A stretch of DNA of 32,000 nucleotides, from NCBI GenBank assembly GCA_003144275.1, contig NJBF01000004.1:94559-126558 (forward strand), given 5' to 3'. The notes under the pieces are model-generated. The model was not told where the DNA came from, made no database searches, and worked only from the letters and a program-made list of their open reading frames with translations. Both the position numbers and the translations under genes were made by a program. This document shows positions 8,581 through 18,406 of the stretch, piece after piece (the stretch's first letter is position 1; each line of letters begins with the position of its first letter). This DNA comes from Candidatus Heimdallarchaeota archaeon B3_Heim. GTDB taxonomy: Archaea; Asgardarchaeota; Heimdallarchaeia; Hodarchaeales; Hodarchaeaceae.

Positions 8581-8940
8581 CTAACCACCGAACATATCTT
8601 TAATTCCACGGCGAATCGAATCAAGGAAAGATAACCCATTCATCATTAAGCGTTGGATCTCCAGTAAATATCGTCTACGGGAAAGAGTTTCTTGAAATAC
8701 TAAGTATAATATACCGACATTACTGATAGCCGCAAAACCAACGATTAATCGTACAAAAATCAAGTTTTCATTACTTTCAAACGCAAAAAGTAGAATAGAT
8801 GCCACAATCAATAATATAGTTGAGATAGCCAACAATAATGTTGCTACTAGCCAGAAAAGATATTCGTGTTCGAGCTGTCGTACTTCTCCACGTCCTGAAT
8901 CTAAAAATTTTCGAATAGAAGGGGGAATAGCTGATATCAG
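8581..8940 (-). CDS. Small membrane protein, probably starting upstream of the called TTG (8835) at CTG 8940 or ATA 8937
   Basis: Frame is open from 8940. GAGGTG SD-like motif at 8949-8944. Two hydrophobic helices. Confidence 0.55.
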   Translation of the reverse strand: MISAIPPSIRKFLDSGRGEVRQLEHEYLFWLVATLLLAISTILLIVASILLFAFESNENLIFVRLIVGFAAISNVGILYLVFQETLSRRRYLLEIQRLMMNGLSFLDSIRRGIKDMFGG

Positions 8941-8986
8941 TTACACCTCTCACGATACAACTCTTGAGTCCTCATAGAATGCCAGA

Positions 8987-9796
8987 TTAATTAACACTTC
9001 TACTTTCTGCTTCTGATTGAAGATCAGGTATAATATACTTTAATCCAGTCGAGGCATCTCGTCCGACTATTACTTTCACACCATACGCATCAAGGATAGA
9101 TTCTACATTAATCACATCATCAGGAGATCCAAGAACTCGAATCTGTCCATTTTTCAAGATTATGAGGCTATCACAATATTGGGCAGCAAGAGCAAGGTCG
9201 TGCAGTACAAGTATCACTCCAATCTGTTTGGTATGACATACTTCTTTACATAACTCCATAATTTTGTACTGCATATTGATGTCAAGATGGAGCGTTGGTT
9301 CATCAAGACAGAGAATTTTTGGATCCTGTGCAAGACCTAGTGCAATAGTCACGAGTTGTTTTTCCCCTCCACTGAGCTCACTAACATCTCTATTCACAAG
9401 ATGAGTTATTCCCACTCGCTCCAATGCTGAATTCACAATTTGATAGTCCGTTTCTGACTCTCGTTGATATACCCCCAAATGTGGATATCGCCCCATAAGA
9501 ACGGTTTCAAATACTGTAAATCCTGCAGTAAAACTACTAATTTGTGGGACAACTGAAAGTATTCGTGCAAGTTCTTTCCTTTTATATTGGGTTATTTCCT
9601 TGTCGTTGATATGAATAGAACCCTGATCCACTTTTAATATACCAGCAATACACCGCAAAAGCGTGGTTTTTCCAGAGCCATTAGGCCCAATAATTCCAAT
9701 AATCTGCCCTGGACCTGCATTAAATGTGATGCTATCGAGGATTTTTACGTCTTCATACTGAAAAGACACCTTTTCAACCTTTATTTCCATTTTCAT
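8987..9796 (-). CDS. btuD: Cobalamin/Fe-chelate ABC transporter ATP-binding subunit (BtuD/FepC-like)
   Basis: Walker A GPNGSGKTT, signature LSGGEKQ, Walker B LCLDEPT, H-loop VLHDL. Confidence 0.9.
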   Translation of the reverse strand: MKMEIKVEKVSFQYEDVKILDSITFNAGPGQIIGIIGPNGSGKTTLLRCIAGILKVDQGSIHINDKEITQYKRKELARILSVVPQISSFTAGFTVFETVLMGRYPHLGVYQRESETDYQIVNSALERVGITHLVNRDVSELSGGEKQLVTIALGLAQDPKILCLDEPTLHLDINMQYKIMELCKEVCHTKQIGVILVLHDLALAAQYCDSLIILKNGQIRVLGSPDDVINVESILDAYGVKVIVGRDASTGLKYIIPDLQSEAESRSVN

Positions 9797-9803
9797 TCCT
9801 CGT

Positions 9804-10958
9804 TCAGTATCCTGTCTTCTTGTATTTTCTTAAAAGATAAAGAAAAAATGGTGCACCACAAAAAGCAGTTATTATTCCAACAGGCAGCTCAGTTGGATAA
9901 ATGATAGTTTTTGCAACAACATCTGCTAAAATCAAAAAGCTTGCACCACTTAGAGCGGAAACAGGAAGCAAAATTCGATGGTCAGGCCCCGTAATCAATC
10001 GAACCAAATGTGGAATAATCAGCCCAACGAAACCAATAACTCCTGTAAAGGCAACAGAAATTGCAGTCATTAAAGTAGCTAAGACTAATAATAATTGTCG
10101 AAGTTTTTGTACATCTAATCCACGAAATTGTGCAGATTCTTCACCTAACAATAATAAATTTAAGGGTCGCGATAATAAAAGGCAAAGAAAACAGGAGGGG
10201 ATAATAACCATGGCTGCAATAAGCACAGAATCCCAATCCCCTTCAACTAATGATAAACCGCCCATTAACCAGAAAACAATAGGTCGTAAATGTTCTCCTG
10301 AAATATATGTCAAAAAAGATGTGATTGCAGTCATGAAAGATCCAACTGTAATTCCCGACAGAAGTAAGGTATCAACACTAATTGTACCACGAATATTTGA
10401 AATGTAATACACTATCGTAATTGTAATTAGCGCCCCACCAAATGCAAAAATAGGAAGAGTGTAGCCTGCTAAGAAGAATAGCGATCCACCAGCAACTATG
10501 GCGATTGAAGCTCCAACCGAGGCCCCAGATGCCAAACCAATGATATACGGATCAGCCATAGGATTCCGAAAAAGCGCTTGCATTACCGTTCCTGCAACAG
10601 CTAATGCCATTCCAGCAAAAGCACCCATAATAACCCTTGGAAGACGAATATCCCAGATAATCACTTTTGAAATATCTGTACTGCCACTTATGGGGATATT
10701 CAAGAATTCGAGTAAAGGACGAATAATATTTTTCCCAATTTCTCGCAGTACATCAAAAATACTAAAAATTCTTGTACTTGCTGGACCAAATGGACCAGCA
10801 GATCCAAACATAATTGCAAAGACTATACTAAAAACAAGTCCTAATGAACTTGCAGTTATCATCAAAGTCCAGTATAATCTCCTTCGTTGATATCGCTCAA
10901 GGGACGTATGAAGAATAGTATCGTCTGTTCCTTTTTGCAGGTTCTGCGACATCTTCAT
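9804..10958 (-). CDS. btuC: FecCD/BtuC-family ABC permease
   Basis: IRLPRV, QALFRNPMADPYIIG, GVIGFVGLIIPH, ELPVGIIT motifs. Confidence 0.92.
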   Translation of the reverse strand: MKMSQNLQKGTDDTILHTSLERYQRRRLYWTLMITASSLGLVFSIVFAIMFGSAGPFGPASTRIFSIFDVLREIGKNIIRPLLEFLNIPISGSTDISKVIIWDIRLPRVIMGAFAGMALAVAGTVMQALFRNPMADPYIIGLASGASVGASIAIVAGGSLFFLAGYTLPIFAFGGALITITIVYYISNIRGTISVDTLLLSGITVGSFMTAITSFLTYISGEHLRPIVFWLMGGLSLVEGDWDSVLIAAMVIIPSCFLCLLLSRPLNLLLLGEESAQFRGLDVQKLRQLLLVLATLMTAISVAFTGVIGFVGLIIPHLVRLITGPDHRILLPVSALSGASFLILADVVAKTIIYPTELPVGIITAFCGAPFFLYLLRKYKKTGY

Positions 10959-10977
10959 AATCTCCTAGTCCCCTCTA

Positions 10978-12075
10978 CTATGAATGAACACGTCTAAATA
11001 TTATGACAGCCAGTACAGGAATTATCCCCATGATATCGAACATGTGAAAGGTGACTATATCCTTGGTACTTGGAGATATCGTCATTGTAGTAGTATTTGA
11101 TGTACTTAGAGTGGTTGAAGTACTCAGAGTTTTTGATTTAACCTCATCCTGTACCTTGGAATGAATAGCTTCGAGCCCATCAATAATCCTAGGCCCACCT
11201 CGTGACACCCAGTCTTCATTAATAGGAAAAATCATCCCATTTTTGACTGCACTAATTGCTTCCCAGCCCACTCTTGCAGTTATTGATGAGGTATTTGTTG
11301 TTGTCCAAGATCCCTTGGTATAAAATATGATATCGGGATTATTAATTATAATAAATTCATGGTCAACTTGTGGGTAAAGGCCTGTAGCGTTCTCAGCTAT
11401 ATTGATAGCACCCGCGAGCTCAATTAAATCATGACCATAAGTCCCTTTTCCAAAAGTATAGAGAGGATCTGATGCAAATTCAAGATAAATCTTGGGTTGA
11501 TAGGTGAAGGATGAAGCATTCAACAGTACAGAGTCCAGTCGAGTTCTTAATGAATTTTTGAGTAGTGTTGCTTCAGTTGTATGATTGGTTATTTGTCCTA
11601 CTTTTACGATGTCATCAAAAACATCTTCTAGAGTAAAAGGAGCCAAGATAAAGACTTGAATACCTTGGTTCTCCATCGCCGTCACATCATCATTGCTGGT
11701 GATCCCTGCTCCAAAAACCAAGTCAGGATTAAGTACAAGAAGTGCTTCCAAGTCAATAGCTGGAAAATTGGACACTTTGGGTAGTGATGCAGTTTCATTT
11801 GGAAAATTACTGCTGAAGTCAACAGCAATAACTTTATCACCAGCCCCAACGGCATATATTACTTCTGTTGTACTAGGGGCAATACTTACAATCTGTTGCG
11901 GTTCTTCAGTAAATGTCACGTTACGACCATAGCCATCGGTTAGAGTAAGCGGATAAGAAGCATTAGCTAGAGAAATTAATTTATTCTCATCTTCTATATT
12001 TGCTTTCACTATTGTTATACTGAGTGAAATGGTAAATGTTAAAATTAAAATATAATTAAAAGATCGATATCTCAT
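10978..12075 (-). CDS. btuF: Cobalamin-type substrate-binding protein (BtuF-like) with signal peptide and C-terminal membrane anchor
   Basis: IVSIAPSTTEVIYAVG, LLVLNPDLV, RGGPRIIDGLE; Thr-rich linker plus hydrophobic tail and RR. The substrate is inferred. Confidence 0.85.
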   Translation of the reverse strand: MRYRSFNYILILTFTISLSITIVKANIEDENKLISLANASYPLTLTDGYGRNVTFTEEPQQIVSIAPSTTEVIYAVGAGDKVIAVDFSSNFPNETASLPKVSNFPAIDLEALLVLNPDLVFGAGITSNDDVTAMENQGIQVFILAPFTLEDVFDDIVKVGQITNHTTEATLLKNSLRTRLDSVLLNASSFTYQPKIYLEFASDPLYTFGKGTYGHDLIELAGAINIAENATGLYPQVDHEFIIINNPDIIFYTKGSWTTTNTSSITARVGWEAISAVKNGMIFPINEDWVSRGGPRIIDGLEAIHSKVQDEVKSKTLSTSTTLSTSNTTTMTISPSTKDIVTFHMFDIMGIIPVLAVIIFRRVHS

Positions 12076-12432
12076 ATATATCCCATAAACGGTAATTAAT
12101 TGAATGTATTATCGTAAATTGTTTTTTATTATAGGTGTAACTACCTATAGATTTTAAAATAAATTACAATGATTAATGGTATTTCATTGTCTCTTCCATG
12201 TTCTAACTAGTAATAGCAATTTAACCTTATTGTATGTCAAGAAAGTATGAAATTAGTTTTATTTAATCTAAAATTTGCTATTATTAATTGATAATACTTT
12301 AACATGGTGAATAAGAAGGTAACCATTCTAGAAAGGGGAAAAAAAAGTAAGAAGAGAGAATTTAGACCATGATAGCTAAGGAAACACACATTATTAATTG
12401 GAATCTGTATATAGAAAGGATTATTTGTGAAT

Positions 12433-13596
12433 CTAAATACCAGCTTCTTCTCGTAAAATTGATGCCATATCAGTTTTCTCCCAGGTAAAATCAGGATCGT
12501 CTCGACCGAAATGGCCATAGGCCGCTGTTTTGGTATAAATAGGCCGTTTAAGTTCCAATCTTTGAATAATCATTCCTGGACGAAAATCAAAATGCTTCTG
12601 GATAAGCTTTAGTATCTCCTTCTCTGGTACATTACTAGTACCTCTTGTGTCCAGATTGATAGATAATGGTTTAGCTACTCCAATACTATACGCAATTTGA
12701 ATTTCACATTCAGCCGCTAAACCTGCAGCTACAATATTTTTAGCAGTCCATCTTGCTGCATAGGAACCTGATCGATCAACCTTTGATGGATCTTTGCCTG
12801 AAAAACAACCTCCACCGTGAGAACCAACACCACCATAAGTATCTACAATAATTTTGCGTCCAGTAAGGCCAGTATCACCATGAGGGCCACCGATTACAAA
12901 ACGACCTGTTTCGTTCACGAAAAATTTAGTTTCTTTTGTAAGATATTCGTCAGAAATGACTTTTTTAATAATTTTACCTATAATTTCATCTTTGATTTCC
13001 TTATGAGAAACTTCATCTGAATGCTGGGCCGCAATTACCACACTAGAAACAGCTACAGGCTTACCATTATCATATCTAACAGTAACCTGAGATTTCCCAT
13101 CGGGTCGCAACCATGAGATCTCTTTTTTCTTCCTAGCTTCCGTAAGTTTTTGAGTAAGAGCATGAGCAAGTGTTATTGGAATTGGCATTAATTGTTCAGT
13201 TTCACGACAGGCGTAACCAAACATCATTCCCTGATCACCTGCTCCTTGGTTTTCTGGATTATTCCTCTCAATACCTTGTGCAATATCAGTGCTTTGTTTA
13301 TTAATTGCATTTAAAATAGCTACAGAATTGTAATCGAAGCCCATTCGAGAATTTGTGTAACCTATCTCCTTAATTTTCTTCCGGACTATTTTTTGAATAT
13401 CAACGTAGGTCTTAGTGGAGATTTCACCTCCAATTATTGCCATACCTGTTGTTAAGAACGTTTCACAGGCTACATGTCCATCAGGATCTTTAGCTAAGAC
13501 TGCATCAAGTACTACATCCGAAATCTGATCAGCCATTTTATCTGGATGACCCTCTGTGACGGACTCTGAACTAAATAAATGTCGTGTTGAAACCAT
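12433..13596 (-). CDS. metK: S-adenosylmethionine synthetase, bacterial/eukaryotic type
   Basis: [66 protein letters not shown]. Confidence 0.97.
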   Translation of the reverse strand: MVSTRHLFSSESVTEGHPDKMADQISDVVLDAVLAKDPDGHVACETFLTTGMAIIGGEISTKTYVDIQKIVRKKIKEIGYTNSRMGFDYNSVAILNAINKQSTDIAQGIERNNPENQGAGDQGMMFGYACRETEQLMPIPITLAHALTQKLTEARKKKEISWLRPDGKSQVTVRYDNGKPVAVSSVVIAAQHSDEVSHKEIKDEIIGKIIKKVISDEYLTKETKFFVNETGRFVIGGPHGDTGLTGRKIIVDTYGGVGSHGGGCFSGKDPSKVDRSGSYAARWTAKNIVAAGLAAECEIQIAYSIGVAKPLSINLDTRGTSNVPEKEILKLIQKHFDFRPGMIIQRLELKRPIYTKTAAYGHFGRDDPDFTWEKTDMASILREEAGI

Positions 13597-13714
13597 TTTG
13601 CATTCCTTCTTTTTATTATTCTAATTACCAATATTTCATTCAATGTTGTTTTGGGATTTATTTTATCTTAATTTTCTGTGAAGATTTATCTAATATCTGA
13701 GCCATTTGAGCTGA

Positions 13715-14677
13715 CTACTCCTTTACTGTAGGAGTACCCTCCGTAATCATCTTGAATACATCATAACGGCCAAGACCATAAACATGAATCCATGGTACTC
13801 CATTTTCTCGTAATGTGCAATAATTTTCATGAGCAATTTGAAGAGCTACTTGAAATTGTTGCTTTTTAGACGTTTTTTGTTTCAAACGAGTTTTAATTTC
13901 CTGTGAAAGAGGGATACCAGTAACGTTTGCGATAGTAAATGAAGGTGGAATCACACCTACACCTATTGGAATATCTTTACAATCTATCTCATCTTTAAAA
14001 TTTAAGAATTGGAGAGGGTCAAAAAGACCTTGAGTAATAAAGAAATCTGCTCCAAGATCTCGTCTTTTGTTAAATAACTCGATTTGCTGTTTTCTGATAC
14101 GTCTTTTAGATCCATTTGCTGATTCTTTAAATTCATTAGGATCAATAACACTCCCAACAATGAAGTTACCATCATCAATATAAGGAACATCGACTGTTTT
14201 CATGCTTGGAATCTGATTTGATAGAGAAGAATACAAATCTGGGTTTGTAACGCCTTTAATAAAGGTCAACAACTCAAGAGAATTATTAAAAAAACCTGAA
14301 ACCTTTGGACCTCTTGGATCACCCAACACTGGTAAAAGGTATTCAATCCCAAGCCTTCTTGCATCTAAAAGCTCGTTAAAAGTATCGTGTAGAGAAAGAC
14401 GTGTCGTTAAATGCTGAACTGGGTATGTAATGGCTGCGTGATTTGAATTTCTTAAAACTGTTGAAATTAGCTTCATGGTTGATATTGATGATAAACGGAA
14501 AGTGGCACGATTTGTGACAGAAATGAAGTCGATAGATGAAGCCATTTGTCGAATTAAGTAAGAAAATTTGGAAATCTCTGAATGTTCAAGCTCATTTGAA
14601 TGAATATGAGGAGGTTCTATTTCAACACTTAAGCTGGGTTGAAATTTCTCTCTCTCTATCATGAAAACGCCTCTCAA
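13715..14677 (-). CDS. metF: Methylenetetrahydrofolate reductase (MetF-like, divergent)
   Basis: SVEIEPP, FISVT, HLTTR, VLGDP, GADFFITQGLFD, WIHVY; lies between MetE and MetK. Confidence 0.75.
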   Translation of the reverse strand: MRGVFMIEREKFQPSLSVEIEPPHIHSNELEHSEISKFSYLIRQMASSIDFISVTNRATFRLSSISTMKLISTVLRNSNHAAITYPVQHLTTRLSLHDTFNELLDARRLGIEYLLPVLGDPRGPKVSGFFNNSLELLTFIKGVTNPDLYSSLSNQIPSMKTVDVPYIDDGNFIVGSVIDPNEFKESANGSKRRIRKQQIELFNKRRDLGADFFITQGLFDPLQFLNFKDEIDCKDIPIGVGVIPPSFTIANVTGIPLSQEIKTRLKQKTSKKQQFQVALQIAHENYCTLRENGVPWIHVYGLGRYDVFKMITEGTPTVKE

Positions 14678-15945
14678 ATGGACCGATAAGTTGGTAAGCC
14701 TAATTTATCCTGTAAGATAGATCGAGCTTTGTGAGTACCCTCAACCATTGCAGAAAGCATCATATGGAGGTCATTGAGCTTCCTAACTGGTCGTAACCCA
14801 CAATCTGGAGCAGCTAATAATAAAAAGGGCCCTATTTCACCCAATTTCCCCTCTAGAAATTCTGCTTGGTAAAGAAGACGATCTCTAACGAGTTCACGTA
14901 ATTGCTGCTGTGCAGTACCTGATTTTACTTCTTCATCAGAAAAATGACGGTCAGCATGTACCTCTAGAATACCGAGCGCCAATTTACATCTTGATCCTTC
15001 ATTAAACGCCTTTACAGTTCTTTCCAAACTATCTTGATAAGAAGAACGGTCATTATGGGAAGTACCAAGAGATTTTTTATCTCTATTTGCATATTCAAGA
15101 CTACCGTAATCCCATGGAAGTTGTGGAAGATCTTCAAACAAAATATCATAACGATGAGAAAAGCAAGTATGAAAACCGAATTTACAGTTATATTTCTTTA
15201 ATTCGTTCCGAATTCCTTTGAATAACCGCTTATAAGCTTCAATATAACTTTCTCTATCTGCTGGAATAGTAGTATATGCAGGTTCGTCAGAGGTAATATA
15301 TCGTGCACCACTTTTAATTGATTCTTTGATTTCAGGGATGAATACTTCGTCAACTAGATCAAATAAGAATTGTTTATCACTAGAAGGGGTTATCGTCCAA
15401 TTGAAAACCGTATAAGGCCCAGTAAAACAGAGTTTGAGGGGTTTTTTAGCCACCTGTTTGGCATATTCAAATTCATCAATGTAAATTGGATTTTTTCGTC
15501 GGATATTTACATCTTTTATGCGTACCCCAGGCTTATAGAATCGGTCATCGAAAGAACGTACATGTTCATTTTCTAAAAATATGCCTTCAATATCTTTTGC
15601 AGCATGTTCATACATCTCCCGTCTCCATGCTTCTCCAGTAAATACAATATCAAGCCCTGTACTTTCGAGAAGACGAATATTGAAACGTAATCTCAATTTT
15701 AGAACATCCAACTCCCACCGTTGAAGGTCAATTTCATTCGTTTGAGGTCTATTCATAAGTAATGAAATAGCTTCTTGAGATTCACCTAATTCTAATTTTT
15801 CCCACCAGTAATGAACTTCATCTAAGTGATCAGGGGGGATCTCTCTTCCTTGCAATGCCAGAATTGTAGCATTCAATTTCCGCATGGATCCTATTTCATG
15901 GGTTGGCAGTAAAAGATTGAATGGATCATTGTCACTATTGGTCAT
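14674..15945 (-). CDS. metE: Methionine synthase catalytic (Zn) subunit; MetE C-terminal barrel
   Basis: THEIGS start, TGPYT, Zn ligands FHTC, LEYAN and PDCGLR. Confidence 0.85.
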   Translation of the reverse strand: MTNSDNDPFNLLLPTHEIGSMRKLNATILALQGREIPPDHLDEVHYWWEKLELGESQEAISLLMNRPQTNEIDLQRWELDVLKLRLRFNIRLLESTGLDIVFTGEAWRREMYEHAAKDIEGIFLENEHVRSFDDRFYKPGVRIKDVNIRRKNPIYIDEFEYAKQVAKKPLKLCFTGPYTVFNWTITPSSDKQFLFDLVDEVFIPEIKESIKSGARYITSDEPAYTTIPADRESYIEAYKRLFKGIRNELKKYNCKFGFHTCFSHRYDILFEDLPQLPWDYGSLEYANRDKKSLGTSHNDRSSYQDSLERTVKAFNEGSRCKLALGILEVHADRHFSDEEVKSGTAQQQLRELVRDRLLYQAEFLEGKLGEIGPFLLLAAPDCGLRPVRKLNDLHMMLSAMVEGTHKARSILQDKLGLPTYRSI

Positions 15946-15949
15946 ACTA

Positions 15950-17011
15950 TCACCTGTCTTTCAGTAGCTTCACGATAACTTTACCTAATTGTTGTACCTT
16001 GAGATCGGCCACAGCCCTTGGAACAAATTCCAAACGAGAGGTAGGAGCCAAAATAATCTCTTTGGCTTGAGACTCGGCAAGTTCACTTCCTAATTTAATC
16101 AGCTCATCAGATTTTTCTACCACAAGCTCCCCCTGAGCATCTCTAAAATAGCTTTGAGCATCCACAACACCTGCAATTAGTGATTTGCCATTAATATCAT
16201 AAGAAAGTAATTCCTGAATATTATTTCTTAAACAATCAACACCAATCGCCCAAGCATTGGAATTTAGCAATAAATGCAGAATATCTGAAGAAAGCTGATT
16301 ATAAGTATGAAAAGCTATATTTAACGATGTGCTTGAACTTATTTGACTCCAGAGATCATTTAATAAGGAAATAGTATCCTTTCCTATTGATTCCCAGGCA
16401 ATAAACGACTCATTGAATACAATATGTGAATAGCCACGCGATGAAAGGAATTTCAATTCAGAGATTAAAATCTCTGAAAAGTCAATCATGAGATCATCTA
16501 TGGATTTGTATACCTTGTCCCCATCTTCATTGATTGCAGCTGCTCGCGAGAAAGAAAACGGACCTGGCAAACATATGCTCCAAGCATTATTTTTGAGCTC
16601 ACTTGGTAGAAAAGGCATTTGCAAGATATTTCCATCAAGAAAAGGATGTTTAGCGTTTTGGAGGATGGAGTTTTCTGAGAAGATTCTTCCAGTGACGATT
16701 GGCTGGCGATAAAAGGTATTAGTTAATGGTATACGGGCAACTGGGAGGTTCTTAACAGATTTATCCGTAGATAAACCCCCTAGTTCTTCGGAAAAGGGTC
16801 TAAAAATATCCCACCATCCTAAATTTCCAGTGGAGATAGCCAGACAAGATGTTTGGGTTAAAAGCTTAGTAAGATTTATAATATCGTCTTTAAAAGCCTT
16901 CTTGACATTATCAGGGGAGGATGTTCTACCATACTTGAAATCAAAAATTTTTCTGATCAAGGGTTCGGAGAGAGGATGAATTCCTGTTAAAATTGAACTA
17001 AATCGGGTCAA
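15950..17011 (-). CDS. MetE N-terminal-barrel-like subunit of a split MetE
   Basis: TGIHP, GNLGWWDIFRPF, TNTFYRQP, LPGPFSF, LIAGVVDA, LEFVPR; no Zn-ligand set; directly upstream of the catalytic half. Confidence 0.75.
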   Translation of the reverse strand: MTRFSSILTGIHPLSEPLIRKIFDFKYGRTSSPDNVKKAFKDDIINLTKLLTQTSCLAISTGNLGWWDIFRPFSEELGGLSTDKSVKNLPVARIPLTNTFYRQPIVTGRIFSENSILQNAKHPFLDGNILQMPFLPSELKNNAWSICLPGPFSFSRAAAINEDGDKVYKSIDDLMIDFSEILISELKFLSSRGYSHIVFNESFIAWESIGKDTISLLNDLWSQISSSTSLNIAFHTYNQLSSDILHLLLNSNAWAIGVDCLRNNIQELLSYDINGKSLIAGVVDAQSYFRDAQGELVVEKSDELIKLGSELAESQAKEIILAPTSRLEFVPRAVADLKVQQLGKVIVKLLKDR

Positions 17012-17065
17012 TATGAATCAGGTACCAAGTTCTGAAATGGCTATTCATATATTGCTGTGAGAAAT

Positions 17066-17234
17066 ATGATTGAGGGGAATATTAATAGGCCTCACCATCC
17101 ACGTTTTTAATTGTAAACCTGACAATCATTATCAATTCAAGCAATTAAAATATTGTGAAATGACATTCAAACCGCTTAACAGATAAGGTACTATTATTAG
17201 GATAATCTTTGATAGTATATATTCCCTCAAGCAT
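17066..17234. promoter_or_regulatory. Divergent promoter region with an inverted pair of ~16-nt motifs (candidate operators)
   Basis: ATGATTGAGGGGAATAT (17066-17082) versus reverse complement of 17219-17234, ATGCTTGAGGGAATAT: one mismatch and one indel. Confidence 0.35.
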
Positions 17235-17251
17235 AGACTAAGGCTAAAAAA

Positions 17252-17821
17252 GTGAATGAACCCATGTTACCAGATTTAATTGATTTACGCCGACTAAGGA
17301 AAATTACTGGAATCACACAGGATGAAGTAGCTCATCGAGCGGGGATTTCTCAATCCATGATAGCTAAAATAGAAGCAGGAACTCTTAATCCATCTTACAA
17401 TGTTATTCGTAAAATCTATAACATTCTATATTCAATTGAACACAAGAATCAAACCAAAGCGTATGAAATCATGTCTCCTGTGATTTTTGTGAAAAATACT
17501 GACAGTGTTCAACAAGTATTTGAAATTATGAAGCAAAATAATATATCCCAGTTACCAGTCTTGACAGAGAGTGGAAAAAATGTGGGAAGTGTAACGGAAC
17601 ACACCCTATTAGATATTTTGTTAAAGGGGCAAACGTTAGAGGAAATAGCCGAGAAAGCAGTTGACAATATAATGAAAGATGTATTTCCTGTAGTAAGCCG
17701 AGAAATACCATTGGATGCAATTGCAAATTTGTTAAAGTTTTCACCCTGTATTTTAGTCTCAGAAAATGGACAAATTACGGGCATAATAACGAAGGCAGAT
17801 TTACTGAAAACTTCAAGGTAA
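17252..17821 (+). CDS. XRE-HTH plus tandem CBS-domain transcriptional regulator (COG3620-like)
   Basis: LRKITGITQDEVAHRAGISQSMIAKIEAG HTH; CBS pair (ISQLPV, GIITKADLL). Confidence 0.9.
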   Translation: MNEPMLPDLIDLRRLRKITGITQDEVAHRAGISQSMIAKIEAGTLNPSYNVIRKIYNILYSIEHKNQTKAYEIMSPVIFVKNTDSVQQVFEIMKQNNISQLPVLTESGKNVGSVTEHTLLDILLKGQTLEEIAEKAVDNIMKDVFPVVSREIPLDAIANLLKFSPCILVSENGQITGIITKADLLKTSR

Positions 17822-17905
17822 ATTGTCGATTATTCCATTATTGAAAGTAATTATGACAACATAATTAAGAGAGAATAAAGCAGAAGTGTTGAGAGGTTGG
17901 AATGA

Positions 17906-18406
17906 TTGTTTGAAGTAAAACCAATTGGTTATATTCGCAAATCAGAGGAAGGATCGTTCATAAAAATTCTCCCCGAATACAAAATGGGTCTATATCGCTT
18001 GGAAACAATATCTCATATCTTCATTCTTTGGTGGATTCACGAAAATGACACAAAGGAGGCCAGACAAGCGCGTATAACGATACCTCGAGTTAGAAATGCC
18101 GAGGTTGAACCTGAACAAATGGGAACATTTGCGACACGATCTCCAAGAAGGCCAAATCCTATAGGAATGACTTTAGCTCGGATAACATCCATCATTGATA
18201 ACCATATTTATGTAGATTATATTGATGCCTTTGAAGGAACACCTGTAATAGATTTGAAACCCTATCTCCCAAATGGGGATAGAATTGATGAAGAAATTAG
18301 CCTCCCACCATGGTTTGCTCATTTACACACTTCTAGACCACCGAACTTAAACAAAAATGATCAAGAAAAATGTGGGAGTGAATTTACGGAAGAAGGACGT
18401 TTTTAA
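17906..18406 (+). CDS. tsaA: TsaA/TrmO-family SAM-binding protein (tRNA m6t6A37 methyltransferase-like; short form)
   Basis: VKPIGYIR, GTFATRSPRRPNPIG, IDAFEGTPVIDLKPY. Confidence 0.85.
   Translation: MFEVKPIGYIRKSEEGSFIKILPEYKMGLYRLETISHIFILWWIHENDTKEARQARITIPRVRNAEVEPEQMGTFATRSPRRPNPIGMTLARITSIIDNHIYVDYIDAFEGTPVIDLKPYLPNGDRIDEEISLPPWFAHLHTSRPPNLNKNDQEKCGSEFTEEGRF

Noticed and set aside
12076-12432. Cobalamin riboswitch upstream of btuF, and ORF 12237-12518
   Set aside because: The region is very AT-rich with no B12-box or stable stems. The ORF overlaps the metK 3' end and has no recognisable motif.
13597-13714. SAM riboswitch upstream of metK
   Set aside because: A-rich, unstructured, no SAM-I/II consensus.
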